Shown: piece after piece, positions 13,901 through 25,400 of the stretch
How the letters are laid out: each line of letters begins with the position of its first letter
Position numbering within the stretch: position 1 is the first letter of the stretch
Source of the DNA: Guillardia theta CCMP2712
Lineage: Eukaryota > Protista > Cryptophyta
NCBI RefSeq assembly: GCF_000315625.1
Contig: NW_005434654.1
Span: 314,273-378,272, forward strand
Length of the DNA: 64,000 bases
Direction: 5' to 3'
Translations under genes and position numbers: made by a program
The notes under the pieces: generated by a model
What the model was told of the DNA's origin: nothing
What the model saw: the letters and a program-made list of their open reading frames with translations, nothing else
The model's database searches: none

Positions 13901-15155
13901 AAAGGAGGAAGCGGACCAGGACCTGCAGGTAGAGAAGGCATGGAGGAGGTTGAGACCTGCTGACACGGCCAAAAGCTCTACATGGAAGAGCTAGAGAAGA
14001 ACGCAAGCGACTGGATCGAGAACGAGTTCACTGACCCGAGAGAAAGGTCGGCGGTGGAGGAAGAGATCCGAGCGATGGAGTGAGTATGCAGGAGAGGATG
14101 GGGGAGAGCGCTAATGGAGATCGCCAGGAAGAAGATCAAGGAGATCGAGAAGGGAACAGACTCGCACGTGATCGAGATGGAGTACACGCGGCTGGTGATC
14201 ATCGTATCTCACACATTAGAGGCAGTACCAGTGATCTTGATGATCTGCAGGAGTCCGAGAGGAAACGACGAGAGCGGCTGTTCCAAGAGATCTCCGAGCT
14301 GTCGCACGTAAGGACTTGCTTGTTGATTGTTGACCATCAACATATCGACATCGTCATGACCATGGTCGTCTGCAGAAACTAGTATACAGCCAGAAAATGA
14401 GACAGAAGCACTTCACGAAGAAACGATTACTGTATGGGGAAATGACCTCCAAGACGTTTGCTCGCTTGGTGACACAGAGAGGCTTCAAAGGAGAATGTCG
14501 CTTCGATCACAAGGAGAAGGAGATGACGGTGTGAGACCCTACACAGACATCTCATCTCTTTTCCTTGTGCTGAGCTGCTTGCTTCTTATCCTCTTTGTTC
14601 CTTGCATGGTGATGTTCTTGTTATCTTCTGACCTGCTCTCCTTCGCTGGGCTCTCGATTTCTCGTCCTAGTCCAATGCAGCCCCCTGACGTCATCTTACA
14701 GCCCGTGGTGAGGACAGAGTCTCGAGAAGAGGAAGCAGAAGAGACGGATGCAGTGGAGATTCGCAACCTGTCCGGAGGAGAACGCTCCTTCTCGACCATC
14801 TGCCTGGTAGAGGAGGGAGGCAGGGTGCCGTAGCTGACTCCAATCAGGTACTATGTCTCAACCAGGTGGACTGTGCACCCATCCTAGCAGTAGACGAGTG
14901 GGATGTCTTCATGGATGAGCGGAATCGTCGGCTCTCCCTGGACATCATTCTCAAGGTTCTCTCTCTCTTTCTTCTGCGAGCTGCTGCAGGATCAGCCGGC
15001 ATGTCTGGTCGCTGAACATGCGGCAGGTGTTGGGTCATCGCCCTCTGTCGCAGGCGATCATCATCTCTCCTCACTCCGTCGACGCTGTGGCTGACGGGCC
15101 GAAAGTGAAGAAGATCACGATGAGGCCTATCGACCGCCTTCAGCGACGGATCTGA
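10956..15155 (+). CDS. SMC6: Structural maintenance of chromosomes protein 6, copy 2
   Basis: Same motifs and introns as copy 1; no disabling change seen. Confidence 0.93.
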
Positions 15156-16028
15156 ATCGTTGAGGGCTACAGTGACGTTACAGGCTGCCGTCCTCTCGGC
15201 GGCTACCGTCTCACTGAGTCGCTCACATCGACTGGAGTTGACTTGCTGCGGCCATGCTGACCCTCCAGCTGATTCAGTCCATTTGAAACTTGTGAATCAA
15301 AACATTCAAAGTGTTACCATCGGATCGCTCGGTGACGTCCTGGACGGTCACCGTGATGGTATTCGACGGCTCTCCTGGTTGTCTTCATACTGATTTTTAA
15401 CTTAACTTTGAGTAAATTCATGTATCTAATAGCTGCCATTCACACTCTCAGGAGCGGCTAATGACGGTCAACCGGGGCCCTTGCAGGGGCGCGCACTGGG
15501 GGTGTGGCCCGGGCGCACTGAGACGGTGATGGTGGCCCGGCCCGCGGCGCAGAGGCCCTGCAGGGGCACCTGCAGGGGGCCGGGCCGCCCGGCTGTGCAG
15601 GGTTGGCCCGCGGGGTCGCCGGTGTGGGGACGAGGGCTCTCTGTCAACGGATGTACAGTTGGGCTATGGGAATGGAAGCAGGGTTGGGGAGAGGAGACGG
15701 AGGAGGAGGAGGTGGTGGTGGTGGAGAATGAACAACAGCTGCAGAGGCATGGAAGTGAATGCAGTAAGGAGGGGAGTGGATAGGTGGGCAGGAAGCTAAG
15801 GAGTGAGAGGAGACGTTTGAGTTGTTCCCTTGGGCCGTGACTGTCGTTAGGCTCCTGTGTGACGATGGGAGTTTGCAGATGAACGAACCTACAAGCAGGT
15901 GCTGAAACGTGCTGGAACTGACTGAGTTGATTCTCCAACGTTGAGGTAGTAGAGCTCATCCTAGGTGATATCTTGAGAACCTCTCCTTCTTAGAGTGACT
16001 GCGGTCTGAAGAGAAGAGCCGTTGAGAA

Positions 16029-19000
16029 ATGTCAAAAGTGAAGGACCTGAAGCAGCCTGTCGTTCCGCGGATCGACATCGACAAGGCACTCACGAGGTGG
16101 TTGATGTCTGCAGCATCCATGAGATGTTCTCACCTCTTCCCAGCCAAAAGAAGACAAAATCCAAGCACAAGCTGCTCAGCAACGACAAGGGAGAGGGCAC
16201 GAAGGCCTCTGCCGACAAGGAGAAGAAGTGATCCTGTGAACGATCTCTGCTCCTTCCTCCTCACTCATCCTGGCAGGGCACAGGCCATCATCCCGGATAT
16301 TGTGAAGAAGCAGGAGGAAAGGCAGAGTGATGCCGCCCAGCAAGAGTCCATGAGGAAGCGAGAGAAGCTCAAGGAGGCGCTGATCAAGAAGCTCATGTCC
16401 AAGTACCAGCCGGGGATCAAAGACTCCAAGACTGAGCAGCTCATCCGCTCGGAAGTCGACCGCCTCCTCTCCAAGCCCAAGGTCGCCGAGAAGGACCTGC
16501 AGGAGGTCGAGAACAAAGTGCGGAAGCAGTCCAACGAGGAGATCTCGTGGATCACCTCCAACCCCTTCAAGAGGTCCCTGCGCTCTCATGCGCACAGGAG
16601 GAGCTGACAGCGACCTTGTCGTCCGTAGGGTCACCGTCTTCCGGGCTGGAGCCAACGACGAGTGGGCGCTGATGAACGCCAAGGTGGTAGAGGCAGGGTT
16701 GACTGAGGAGCAGCGAGCACAGGAGGTAAAGTCTTCAGCCGTTTCTTCCTCTCCGCAGCTTCTCCTTGTCTTCCACTTCCTGTCTCATGCTCTCCACAGG
16801 ATCAGAAGAGGCGCAAAGACAACTTCCGTAGAATGGTTTGTTGATCCGCGTTTTAACCTCCTCTGTCTCATCCTCCTCCCTGTAGCTAGACGAGCAAATC
16901 TCTGAGCAGAATGCCCGGAGACAGGCAGATAGGGAGGCGAGAATGAGAGAGAGCGGTGAGCGGATCTCCACTGGTGATGCGGTGAACTGAATGTCAAGTG
17001 CAGGGCAAGTCGTGGCAGATGTTCAAGCGTACATCCAAGTAAATCCAGCAGAGGAGCCAGCCTGTTGGCAACGATGACGATCTTTGGACAGGCCATGGAC
17101 AAGAAGAAAGCAGAACAGACGATCCTCTTTGAAAAGGTGACAAACCTTTTCTCCTCTTCTCCTCCTTGTCATTTTACTCTCTTCGCCTGCACGTTCACCT
17201 TCTGTTTCTACCCGGTGCTACTTCGGGTTCATGCCTTTGACTTGCTGCAGTTGAGGAGGGCGCGGGAGGAGGAAGTTGAAGCTGTTAGGAAGCGACAAGT
17301 GAGTCAGAGGACACGCTCTGCTGACGTGGCAGTTACTCTCTTGCCTGCAGGAGCGCCTAGAGCAGCAGAAGAAGGAAGAGGAGAGGAGGGAGATTGAGCG
17401 AGTAGGCCCTCGTCCTGGAGGCTCATCGGTGAATTCACATGCTGGTAGGTAAAGAAACAGCAGCAGGAGGAGATGGAAAAGAACCAGATGAAGCGAAAGG
17501 TGAGCATTTGACCGCATGCTCCTTCCTCTCTCTTCCCCTCGTTTCAGTCGTCCTCTGCTGCACCTCCTTCCGTTCCTCTCCTTCTCTTCCTTCCCTACAA
17601 GCACCTCCTTGAGTACGATTTCATCCTGTAGGAGGCGCAAGAGAAACTGAAGTTGTGGAAACTTGAGAACGACAAGGTGAGAATCTCCGTCCGCCTCCTC
17701 TTCCTCCTTACCATGGTTGCAGAATTTGCAGTTGAAAGAAGAGATCAAGCAGAAGCAGGTCAGTGCCGGAAAGGAGAGGAAGAAGGAAGGAAGGAGTGGG
17801 GAGGAGGAGGAGGAGGAGGAGGAGGAGGTCATGTTGTAGTTGGTGCATCTCAGAGTGTTTGGTGACGGATTAAGGAAGAGGCCTAACACAATCTCAGATG
17901 CAGGAGGACATGGAGTTCGCCCGAAAGGCTCAAAGAGCGCTGGACGAGAAGGAGGTTTCACAGATCTTCCCCCCTGTTGCCCACTGTCTCTCTGCTCTCC
18001 TCCCATGCCCGCCCGCTACTCCCCCTGCCCCCGTTCTCACTCCCTCTGTGCAGGAGAAGCGTCTTGAGGAGCTCAGGAAGCTGGCAGAGAAGATGAAAGC
18101 AAGGGAACGATACGGGCAGGTGGGGAAAAGTAGCCTGCTCGCTTCCTCTGATGCTGCTGCAGGAGCTTGGGGAGAAACTCGACGCCAGGGCGAGAGAGGA
18201 TGAAGCTCGAATGCTCAAGATCCAGGAGGAGGTCAGAGCCCTGTCCACCCTCTCTTTCTCCACTCCCCTCCGCTCTCTTCTCTCTTCTCGCTCCGCTCTC
18301 TTCTCTCTTTGTTTTCTGGGTGCTTCGATCGCTCGCTTCTTCTTCCCTGCCCTCCTGTCGCGTCGGGCTCATCAAGGTCGGCAGGCGAGATTGCGAGCCG
18401 AGGCCCAGCACCAGGAGAGGATCAAGAGGTCTCAAGAGAGGAGAGGAGCAGAGAAGCTGCTGAGCTCCTTGCAGAGAACATCAGAAGAAGATTGAGATAA
18501 AAGAGACGCTAGATCGGCAGGTAGAGGGACTTCCAATTCACCTTCCCCCCTTCCCTTCCCTCCTCGCTGCTCAGTCCATATCCCTCCTCCCCACCTCCTC
18601 CCTGCCTTGCCTCCTCGCTCTTCAGTCAACGAAACATCCCCCCCCCATTCTCTCGGCTTTCTCCCTCCCTCCCTTGTCACGTCTGCTCTCTGAGAGCTAT
18701 GTCATCCCCTTCGGCATCTGACTCCTTGTAAGGTTGAGGAAATGAACCGGAGGAAGGAGGTAGAGAAGCATCTCATCGCCAGGCAGTCAGAAATCTTCCG
18801 GCAGCAGGTCCCATCCTCCTCCTCCTCCTCCTCCTCCTCCTCCTCCTCCCCGCCCGCCTTTCCCCCTCAAGTTCCTTCCCGCAGGCGCAAGAGGCTGCCA
18901 TGGACGAGCAGAGGCGGCTGCAGGCGAGGAAGAGGGACCAGGAGATCTACCGGATGCAGGTGAGTGCTCCTTTCCTCCTCCCTCCCAGCTGAACATCTGC

Positions 19001-19284
19001 CGGGTCGTCAGCTGGAGGATCAGCTGAGATTGGACGCGAAGCTGAGACCAGCTCGAGACCTGATGATGACGGAGGTATGGATCGGACAGAGAGGAGAGGT
19101 GGGGGGGTGGGAGGGGGAGGAGAGGAAGAACGGCACGAGCTGTTGGAAGGAGGAAGGAACCGTGAGGACGTGGAGGCAGAAGGGCACGAGCGGGAGTGAC
19201 GCCATCTGCTCTTTGGCAGGTGGAGAAGAAGCTGAACAGAAACTTTCGACAGCCTTGAGGGGGTCGAGGGTGGTAGAACAGTAA
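16029..19284 (+). CDS. E/K/R/Q-rich coiled-coil (trichohyalin-like, probably cilium/flagellum-associated) protein, many short exons
   Basis: Spliced segments NDEWALMN...LDEQISEQ, LKEEIKQKQ, LDRQVEE and LEDQLR follow the charged-helix pattern. The family is not pinned down. Confidence 0.6.
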
Positions 19285-20578
19285 ATGATCTTAAAGTAAT
19301 TTGAATGAAAAAGTCGAACCTAGTTGGAATGTCAGTCAGATGAGGGCTGGGGATGGTGTGCGAGACAGTGCCAGGGATGAGACCCAGTCAGTGACATGCA
19401 GCAACAGCCTGTCTCCTTGCTGTCTCCCACCGTCACGGTGAAGGGCGTACCGCCTGGCAAGGTAACGCTTTTGCCTGACCAGACCTTCCAAGTTTCGAGT
19501 TTCCCACATTACAAGTTACCCAGACGGTTGAAATTATGACGCCTTGAACTTCGACGCCGTGCCGCCGCGCCACCCGGTGACCGTCGTGAGAGTCTGAGTC
19601 AACCGTTAACAGATCATCGGATCGGATGGCCACCCTTTAAGAGTCCCGGGCGGCTTTGCCAGTACTGATGTTCACGGTTCAGTATGGCTCATGACAGTGA
19701 TAACCAACTGGAAAGACTTCGGAGTCTCCCGGCCGTCCATCGGTCGCCTGACCGTACAGCAGGCCCGTGGGGCCGCCCGGCCCGGGCCCGCGGCCGGACT
19801 CCCCGGACGTGGGCCCGCGCGCCGGGCCGGCCCGGCCCGGCGGGACCGTGCCTCAGTATTACCGGCGCGGTGGCCCGCCTCGGAGAATTATTGGCGGTTT
19901 CAGAATCCTTCTTAACGGATTTGTAACGACTTTGCAACGGCCCTGATGACGTTTTATAAAGGTAATAAGTCATCATAACCCCCCATCTGTTCGTGTTACC
20001 CCTTTCGCCCTAATCTGAACACCCGTCGACATCTCCTGGCACCCGTCCTTTTCAGCGTCTTTGAAGGGTATGAGTAGGGGGTAGGGGGCCCATGTTCCAA
20101 TAGCAGCTTTAATTCTTTTTTTTTTTCATCTAAAAACACATTTGAAATTGTAAGTACAATTCCAGTATGATACGTACCGCTATAAGTTTATATTCTGTTA
20201 AGAATACCCTCTACCACCCCTCCACCCCTACTCTTCGACCCCTTCACATCCCCCCACAGTCCTCAGCATACCGCTCTCCCTCCCTCCCTCTCCCTCCCTT
20301 TCCCTCCTCTCCCTCTCTCCTCCTTCCCTCCTGTTTCCATCTATCCATTCGTCCATCACTCCACATCTCTTTACTCTGGAAGCTCGCCTTCTACCTCTCA
20401 GCAAATTTTTAATTGGATCTCAAACTTTTATCAGCCTGTCCCCTGTTACTGAATGCTGCTTTCGATTCGCTCAAGGAACTGTCTTGCAAACAAATATTCT
20501 AGACCATACTAATCTTCTGTGATCTATTGTAAGGCTCTCGGCAGAAACAACAGATAGTACCTATATCTCTGTTAGCCC

Positions 20579-21994
20579 ATGAACCTTAATCCAAGTGTAG
20601 ACCTCTTGTTTCAGGATAGTGACATTCAGTTCAATTTCGATAACTGCAAGAAACCAAAGGCTCTCATGCCTCCATCGCAAGGTCGCAGAGCAAGGCCTAA
20701 GCGGCTGGCAAGACACGCCACGGAGGCGGACCGAGAAAAGGAGAGGCTGGGAAAGATCGCTGAGAGGGAGCGAACGAGGGTGCTGCTGGAGAAGCTCGAC
20801 CCGCTGGTGCCGCTGACCAAACAACCTGCGCCGTCCTCGAGGGGGAGCCTGCGAACGAAGCGAACGCTGATCGACCTGTATGAGGATGCGATAGCGCACC
20901 TTCAGAGCATACGATGTGAGGACATGAAGAAGCCCTCCAAGCGGATGAGGGATGGAGCATGTCACTTGTCGCTGACAGTGTATCGGGAGGGGTTGATGAT
21001 GAGCGACACGATGCTGTGCTTGGAGCTGCTGCTGCCAGACACGCGGGTCGTGCGGGCCAGCAGAGGGCTGGAGCAGCTGTACCTCGGGCTGAGTGGAGGC
21101 AGTATGGCACAAGAGAAGTTTGCGCACTTCTTTCATCCCGAGGACCTTCAGCATGCGAGGGCTCACCTGCAAGCGACCGGGATGCTGCCGTTGCAGTTTG
21201 TTGCGCGAGTGATCGCGATTGATGCAAGCCGGCAAGGAAGCATGCTGAATGTGAGGTTTGACGCAGCGTATCCGAATGCGATAGAGGGCAGGATGGTCTA
21301 CATGCTGAGCTTGCTGTCGAGCCCCTCGTGGACGTGCTCGGCGAGCTGGGACGGCTTGTCGGAAGTGTCAGGCGTGTACGAGCTGGTGAGCGACAGGTCC
21401 ACATCGCACTACCTGACGGACTGCGCGCTGAACCGGGTGGGAGCTGTGGGAGGCTTTCACTTGGGGCTGAACGCGTTTGGGAGCTGCGAGATGTCGAGCT
21501 CAGCGATCAGTCGGCTGATGAGTCGGATAGGAGCGACCTACAGCATTCTCAGTCAGAAGGGAAGCAGATTGCTCGAGCGCCTCTCTCAGGTTCATTTTGT
21601 GGTTGACTTCAGGCCAGAGATCCCGGTCATCTGCATTCACGTGCGGCTGAGGCTGCCAAACGTGTTCGGGACTTTCAAGACGCCTTGGTCAAAGGTGCTC
21701 ACGGCAACGTGCGATGGATCGCCGATCGAAGGCATTGTAAGGATCCCCGGATCAGCTGTTGGCTTCTTCAACCACAGAAACGTTCCTGGTCAGCTCTCGG
21801 TGCTCTACTACAAGCGAGACGGAGACGCCTGGCGGATCTTTCACCACCGCCTTTATAACTTCAGCCCTGATCTGGTCAGCCTGAGAGGCGAAGTCTTCAC
21901 CTCCCTCGGAGAAGATCCTTTCCCTTACTCCCTTCACTTCCGCAAGGTCGAGGAGGCCGACCGCACCATCTTAGCTGCTACAGAGCTTTCGTGA
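20579..21994 (+). CDS. bHLH-PAS-type transcription factor with C-terminal beta-rich (lipocalin/FABP-like?) domain, copy 1
   Basis: 471-aa uninterrupted ORF. Basic/helix1 AERERTRVLLEKLDPLVP; helix2 IDLYEDAIAHLQSI; PAS-like VVRASRGLEQLY...FFHPEDLQH. Confidence 0.75.
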   Translation: MNLNPSVDLLFQDSDIQFNFDNCKKPKALMPPSQGRRARPKRLARHATEADREKERLGKIAERERTRVLLEKLDPLVPLTKQPAPSSRGSLRTKRTLIDLYEDAIAHLQSIRCEDMKKPSKRMRDGACHLSLTVYREGLMMSDTMLCLELLLPDTRVVRASRGLEQLYLGLSGGSMAQEKFAHFFHPEDLQHARAHLQATGMLPLQFVARVIAIDASRQGSMLNVRFDAAYPNAIEGRMVYMLSLLSSPSWTCSASWDGLSEVSGVYELVSDRSTSHYLTDCALNRVGAVGGFHLGLNAFGSCEMSSSAISRLMSRIGATYSILSQKGSRLLERLSQVHFVVDFRPEIPVICIHVRLRLPNVFGTFKTPWSKVLTATCDGSPIEGIVRIPGSAVGFFNHRNVPGQLSVLYYKRDGDAWRIFHHRLYNFSPDLVSLRGEVFTSLGEDPFPYSLHFRKVEEADRTILAATELS

Positions 21995-22139
21995 TGGCTG
22001 ACTGGCGAGGAAGAGGGGGAGAGAAGGGAGTTTTGCTGGAAGGGTCAGGCGGGGAGTCAGAGCAGGTGGAGGGATGGGATGCGACGATCGAGGAGGTGTT
22101 ATCACCTTGAGGGTGTACAGAAGCTGTGTCATATGTGCT
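20579..22139 (+). repeat. 1.56-kb direct repeat, left copy (bHLH-PAS gene)
   Basis: Matches 40051-41611 at a constant offset of 19472. Confidence 0.95.
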
Positions 22140-22436
22140 CTTGCTGGTTTTTGCTTTGAAGCACTTCTATCTTAACATCTGCAATTCACTCTCGTTTGTA
22201 TAGATTGATTTTTTTGCGATATTTTTGACATGTCGCCCGTGGTCAATGAGAGGGCGACGTGATGGATTTTGATCTGAGCTGACGCGCTGCCTGTCTGCCA
22301 AGTAGTTGACGATTTGGACCGTTTTGCAATACTCTTGAATGAATTCTACTGCGCGAGAAACAAATCACCTGATGTCAAGGCCGGACGCGTCACAAGCTGA
22401 GCTTGCAGCTCTTTGGCAAGAGCTCCTTGCACGTCG

Positions 22437-25400
22437 TCACCTCTCCCATTCTGCCTCGCTGATCCCAAACTCCTGCATCAAATTTCCCCACGTTTCCGTT
22501 TCTCTCAGCTTTCGGATGAGTTCCTTGTCTTCGACAGACTTGAGATAGTCCACCAGGCGAGCTCGAGCTGCTCGATGTTTTGACTTGTCGAAGTCTTCCC
22601 TGTCTCTTGCAGTCACTTCACAGCTCCTCTAGTCAAGACCTCACCGGGACGCGAAGTACATGTCACTTCCCAGCTTGAGCCTGCAGGTGCTCACGTGCTG
22701 ATGTGCATCTTGTCCGCAGTCAGCGAAGCACCTGCCGTAACGGTCGACGGGAGCAAGAGACGCAACAAGTTCACCATGCGCAGAAGCCGCACGCGCACCT
22801 GCTGCATGTGACAGCAAAGCATCCATCGAAGTCGTGGAAGGCGACGTGACATCTCGGACATCTGCAAAGAAACGAGTCACATTTCAGACGTGCCAGCGAC
22901 CAAGACACTCCTGGTGACCAGCAGCTCTTCGATGGTTTTCTCAGCTTCCCGCACCTTCTCCTCCAGCTTCTTTATCCTCTTCAAACTCTCAATTTCTGCC
23001 TCCAATCGAGCTTGCATTTGCGTTTCCAGTTCCATCGTCAGATTCTGCTCTGCTACCTTGAGAATTGTTTTGAGATGCATGTCGAACAACTGTCTCGGGA
23101 GGATCTGAGCGAGGTTCGCTTCATCAAGGGGATGTGGGCAGCGGAAATGCGGGCACTTGATATGCCCTCCTCTTGCAACGATGATTCGCATCTCCTCCCT
23201 GACCTGACCTTCCACGTAAGATGCCAAGCAATGCTGGCACGTGAAATGATCTTCCATGCACAGGATCCCGTCCTCAGTCCTGCAAGTCCCTCTGCACTTC
23301 TCACTCCCCATGATGCAGCAATCTCGCACTTTTGCTCGGGGGTCGAAGTTGAATATCTCCGCGAAGAACAAATCTCTCTTGATCATGGACGCCTTCACGC
23401 GCTTCGTCGGGTCTCTCACCATGAGGCTGGAGATGAAGTTGTTGACCGTTGAGTCTGCTGCTCCTTCTTTAAAGCAACTCGCTCTCACCACATCATACGC
23501 TACTGTCGCACCGAACGACCAGACGTCTGTCGCATACGTACAGCCCGTCTGCATCAGCTCAGGGGCTTCGAAGCCAACAGTCATGGCGACAGAGCGCATC
23601 TCAGTGTCATACAGGCTTCTGGTCCTCTGACTGAGATCGACTGAGATATCGTAGTCTACTAGACGACCTCGAAAGTCGCTGCCTATGAGAATATTGGCCG
23701 GCTTGACATCCCCATGGACGACAAGATTCTCGTGCAGAAAGCTCAGCGCCTCTGATACCTCGTAAAGAACTTTCCTCACTTCGTACCATCGAGGCAACGA
23801 CTCCTGGACCCACTCGTCGAGTTGTCCATGGGCATAGAAAGGCATCTGGATGCAGAAAGACTCCTTCTCCACGTCCTCGAAGATCGCGACAATCTCGACC
23901 ACAGCTGGATGCTTGAGCCGACAGAGCAGCGCTGCTTCCCGCATGCATCTCTTCAAGGTTTTGATGTGATCGGGAAGATGAAACATCTTGACAGCAAACC
24001 ACTCCGACTCTTTCTTGCACTTCCACACAGTATGAGTCGCGTTTGTCTTCAACCGCGTATGCTCGTCGAAGTAGCAGGAAATGTCTCTGGTTGGAGACCA
24101 CAGGGGCAACAGGTCTGGGTGCAAGAGGAAATGCACTTCCTGCATCACCTCCGGGTAGTTGGACGCCACGATGGCCAGACCTTTTGTCTTGTCCCACACG
24201 TGATCGATAGACCTCTGGTATTCTTTCTTGGTGACTTCAAGCTTCCTCCTTGCTTCGGAGACGTCGCCTCCCCTGACATGCGACTTGTCACAAGGGCAAA
24301 GAGCTGCAAACAAGGTTGATCATACCTGTTTCGAGCCTTCTTCTCTTCGATCTTGATCTCCTCTACCCGGATTTTGCTGTCCTCGCACATTTGCTTAGCG
24401 TCACTGAGTTCTTTCAACGCCTTTTCTTTTTCCTTCCACAGCCTTCCGCTTGAGTCCACACACTCAACTTCATTGACATGCTCGCGGTATACCTCTATGA
24501 AGATCTCGCTTGCGGTCTCCAGCAGAGCAAGATCTTCGTCAAGAGCGTCTACTATTCGTTCTGCGACAGACATGATTGCATGGAACGGGAAATGCTGCAG
24601 GTGGTTGACTCTCTGCAGTCTTCTCTCTTCTTCCAAAGCCATGCCGTAAGCGTGTGCAGCCTCAAGAAAGTTTGAAGTCTTGATTGAAGACTTGTGAGAG
24701 TCTCTCACACCCAAAAGAAAGTCTTGAGCCCGGTCAAGCATCTCCCTGCTGGCTTCCTCGGTCTCACTGCCAACATTCGAGAGGCGAGAAATCTCCTCGT
24801 ACCATCTTGCCACGAGGTCATTGATCTGCTCGATATCCTGCGCTAGTGAGAGCTTTCTGCATGTCGTGACCTCGCTCTGTCTGGCTGACCTCATAGAGCC
24901 TTGTAGCTTCTCTCCTGCTTTGATCCCTGCCATGCTCGCTCTTGCTCCCTTGACCCCCTCGCTGATGCTGTCCCTTGTCGCTCGAAGATGTCGGACGAGC
25001 GTCTCTAGCTCGGACGCTCCTTGTGACATGTCTCTTCTGCTGTCGTCTGCCTTCACCGTCTTCAGCACGCTCATCATCTTCTGGCGCATCGCCCTGCAGT
25101 AGTCTGACCTGTGCAGGTCCCTGTTGCTCATGATCTGCTTCAGATCCCTGCTTTGATCCAGGACAGCTTTCCGTATCTGAGTTTGAGCCTCTTGCAGCTT
25201 TGCCTTCATGTCAGATACAGTAGACATCAAGTCGTCCATCGAGCTCTCGATCTCTGCCCTCTCCTTCCCCTCCAACACTGTCACCCCCTCGCGGGTCTGT
25301 AGCAGCTCCGAGCAAGTAAACAGCAGCTCCCTGCAGCTGCTTGTCTTGGCCATGAGCCCTTGCTCCGAGAAGAGGCTCCTTCGACCCTCGAGGTCTTGGT

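Larger units (their letters stand above)
10297..15179 (+). repeat. Segmental duplication copy 2
   Basis: Matches 4369-9250. Confidence 0.95.
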
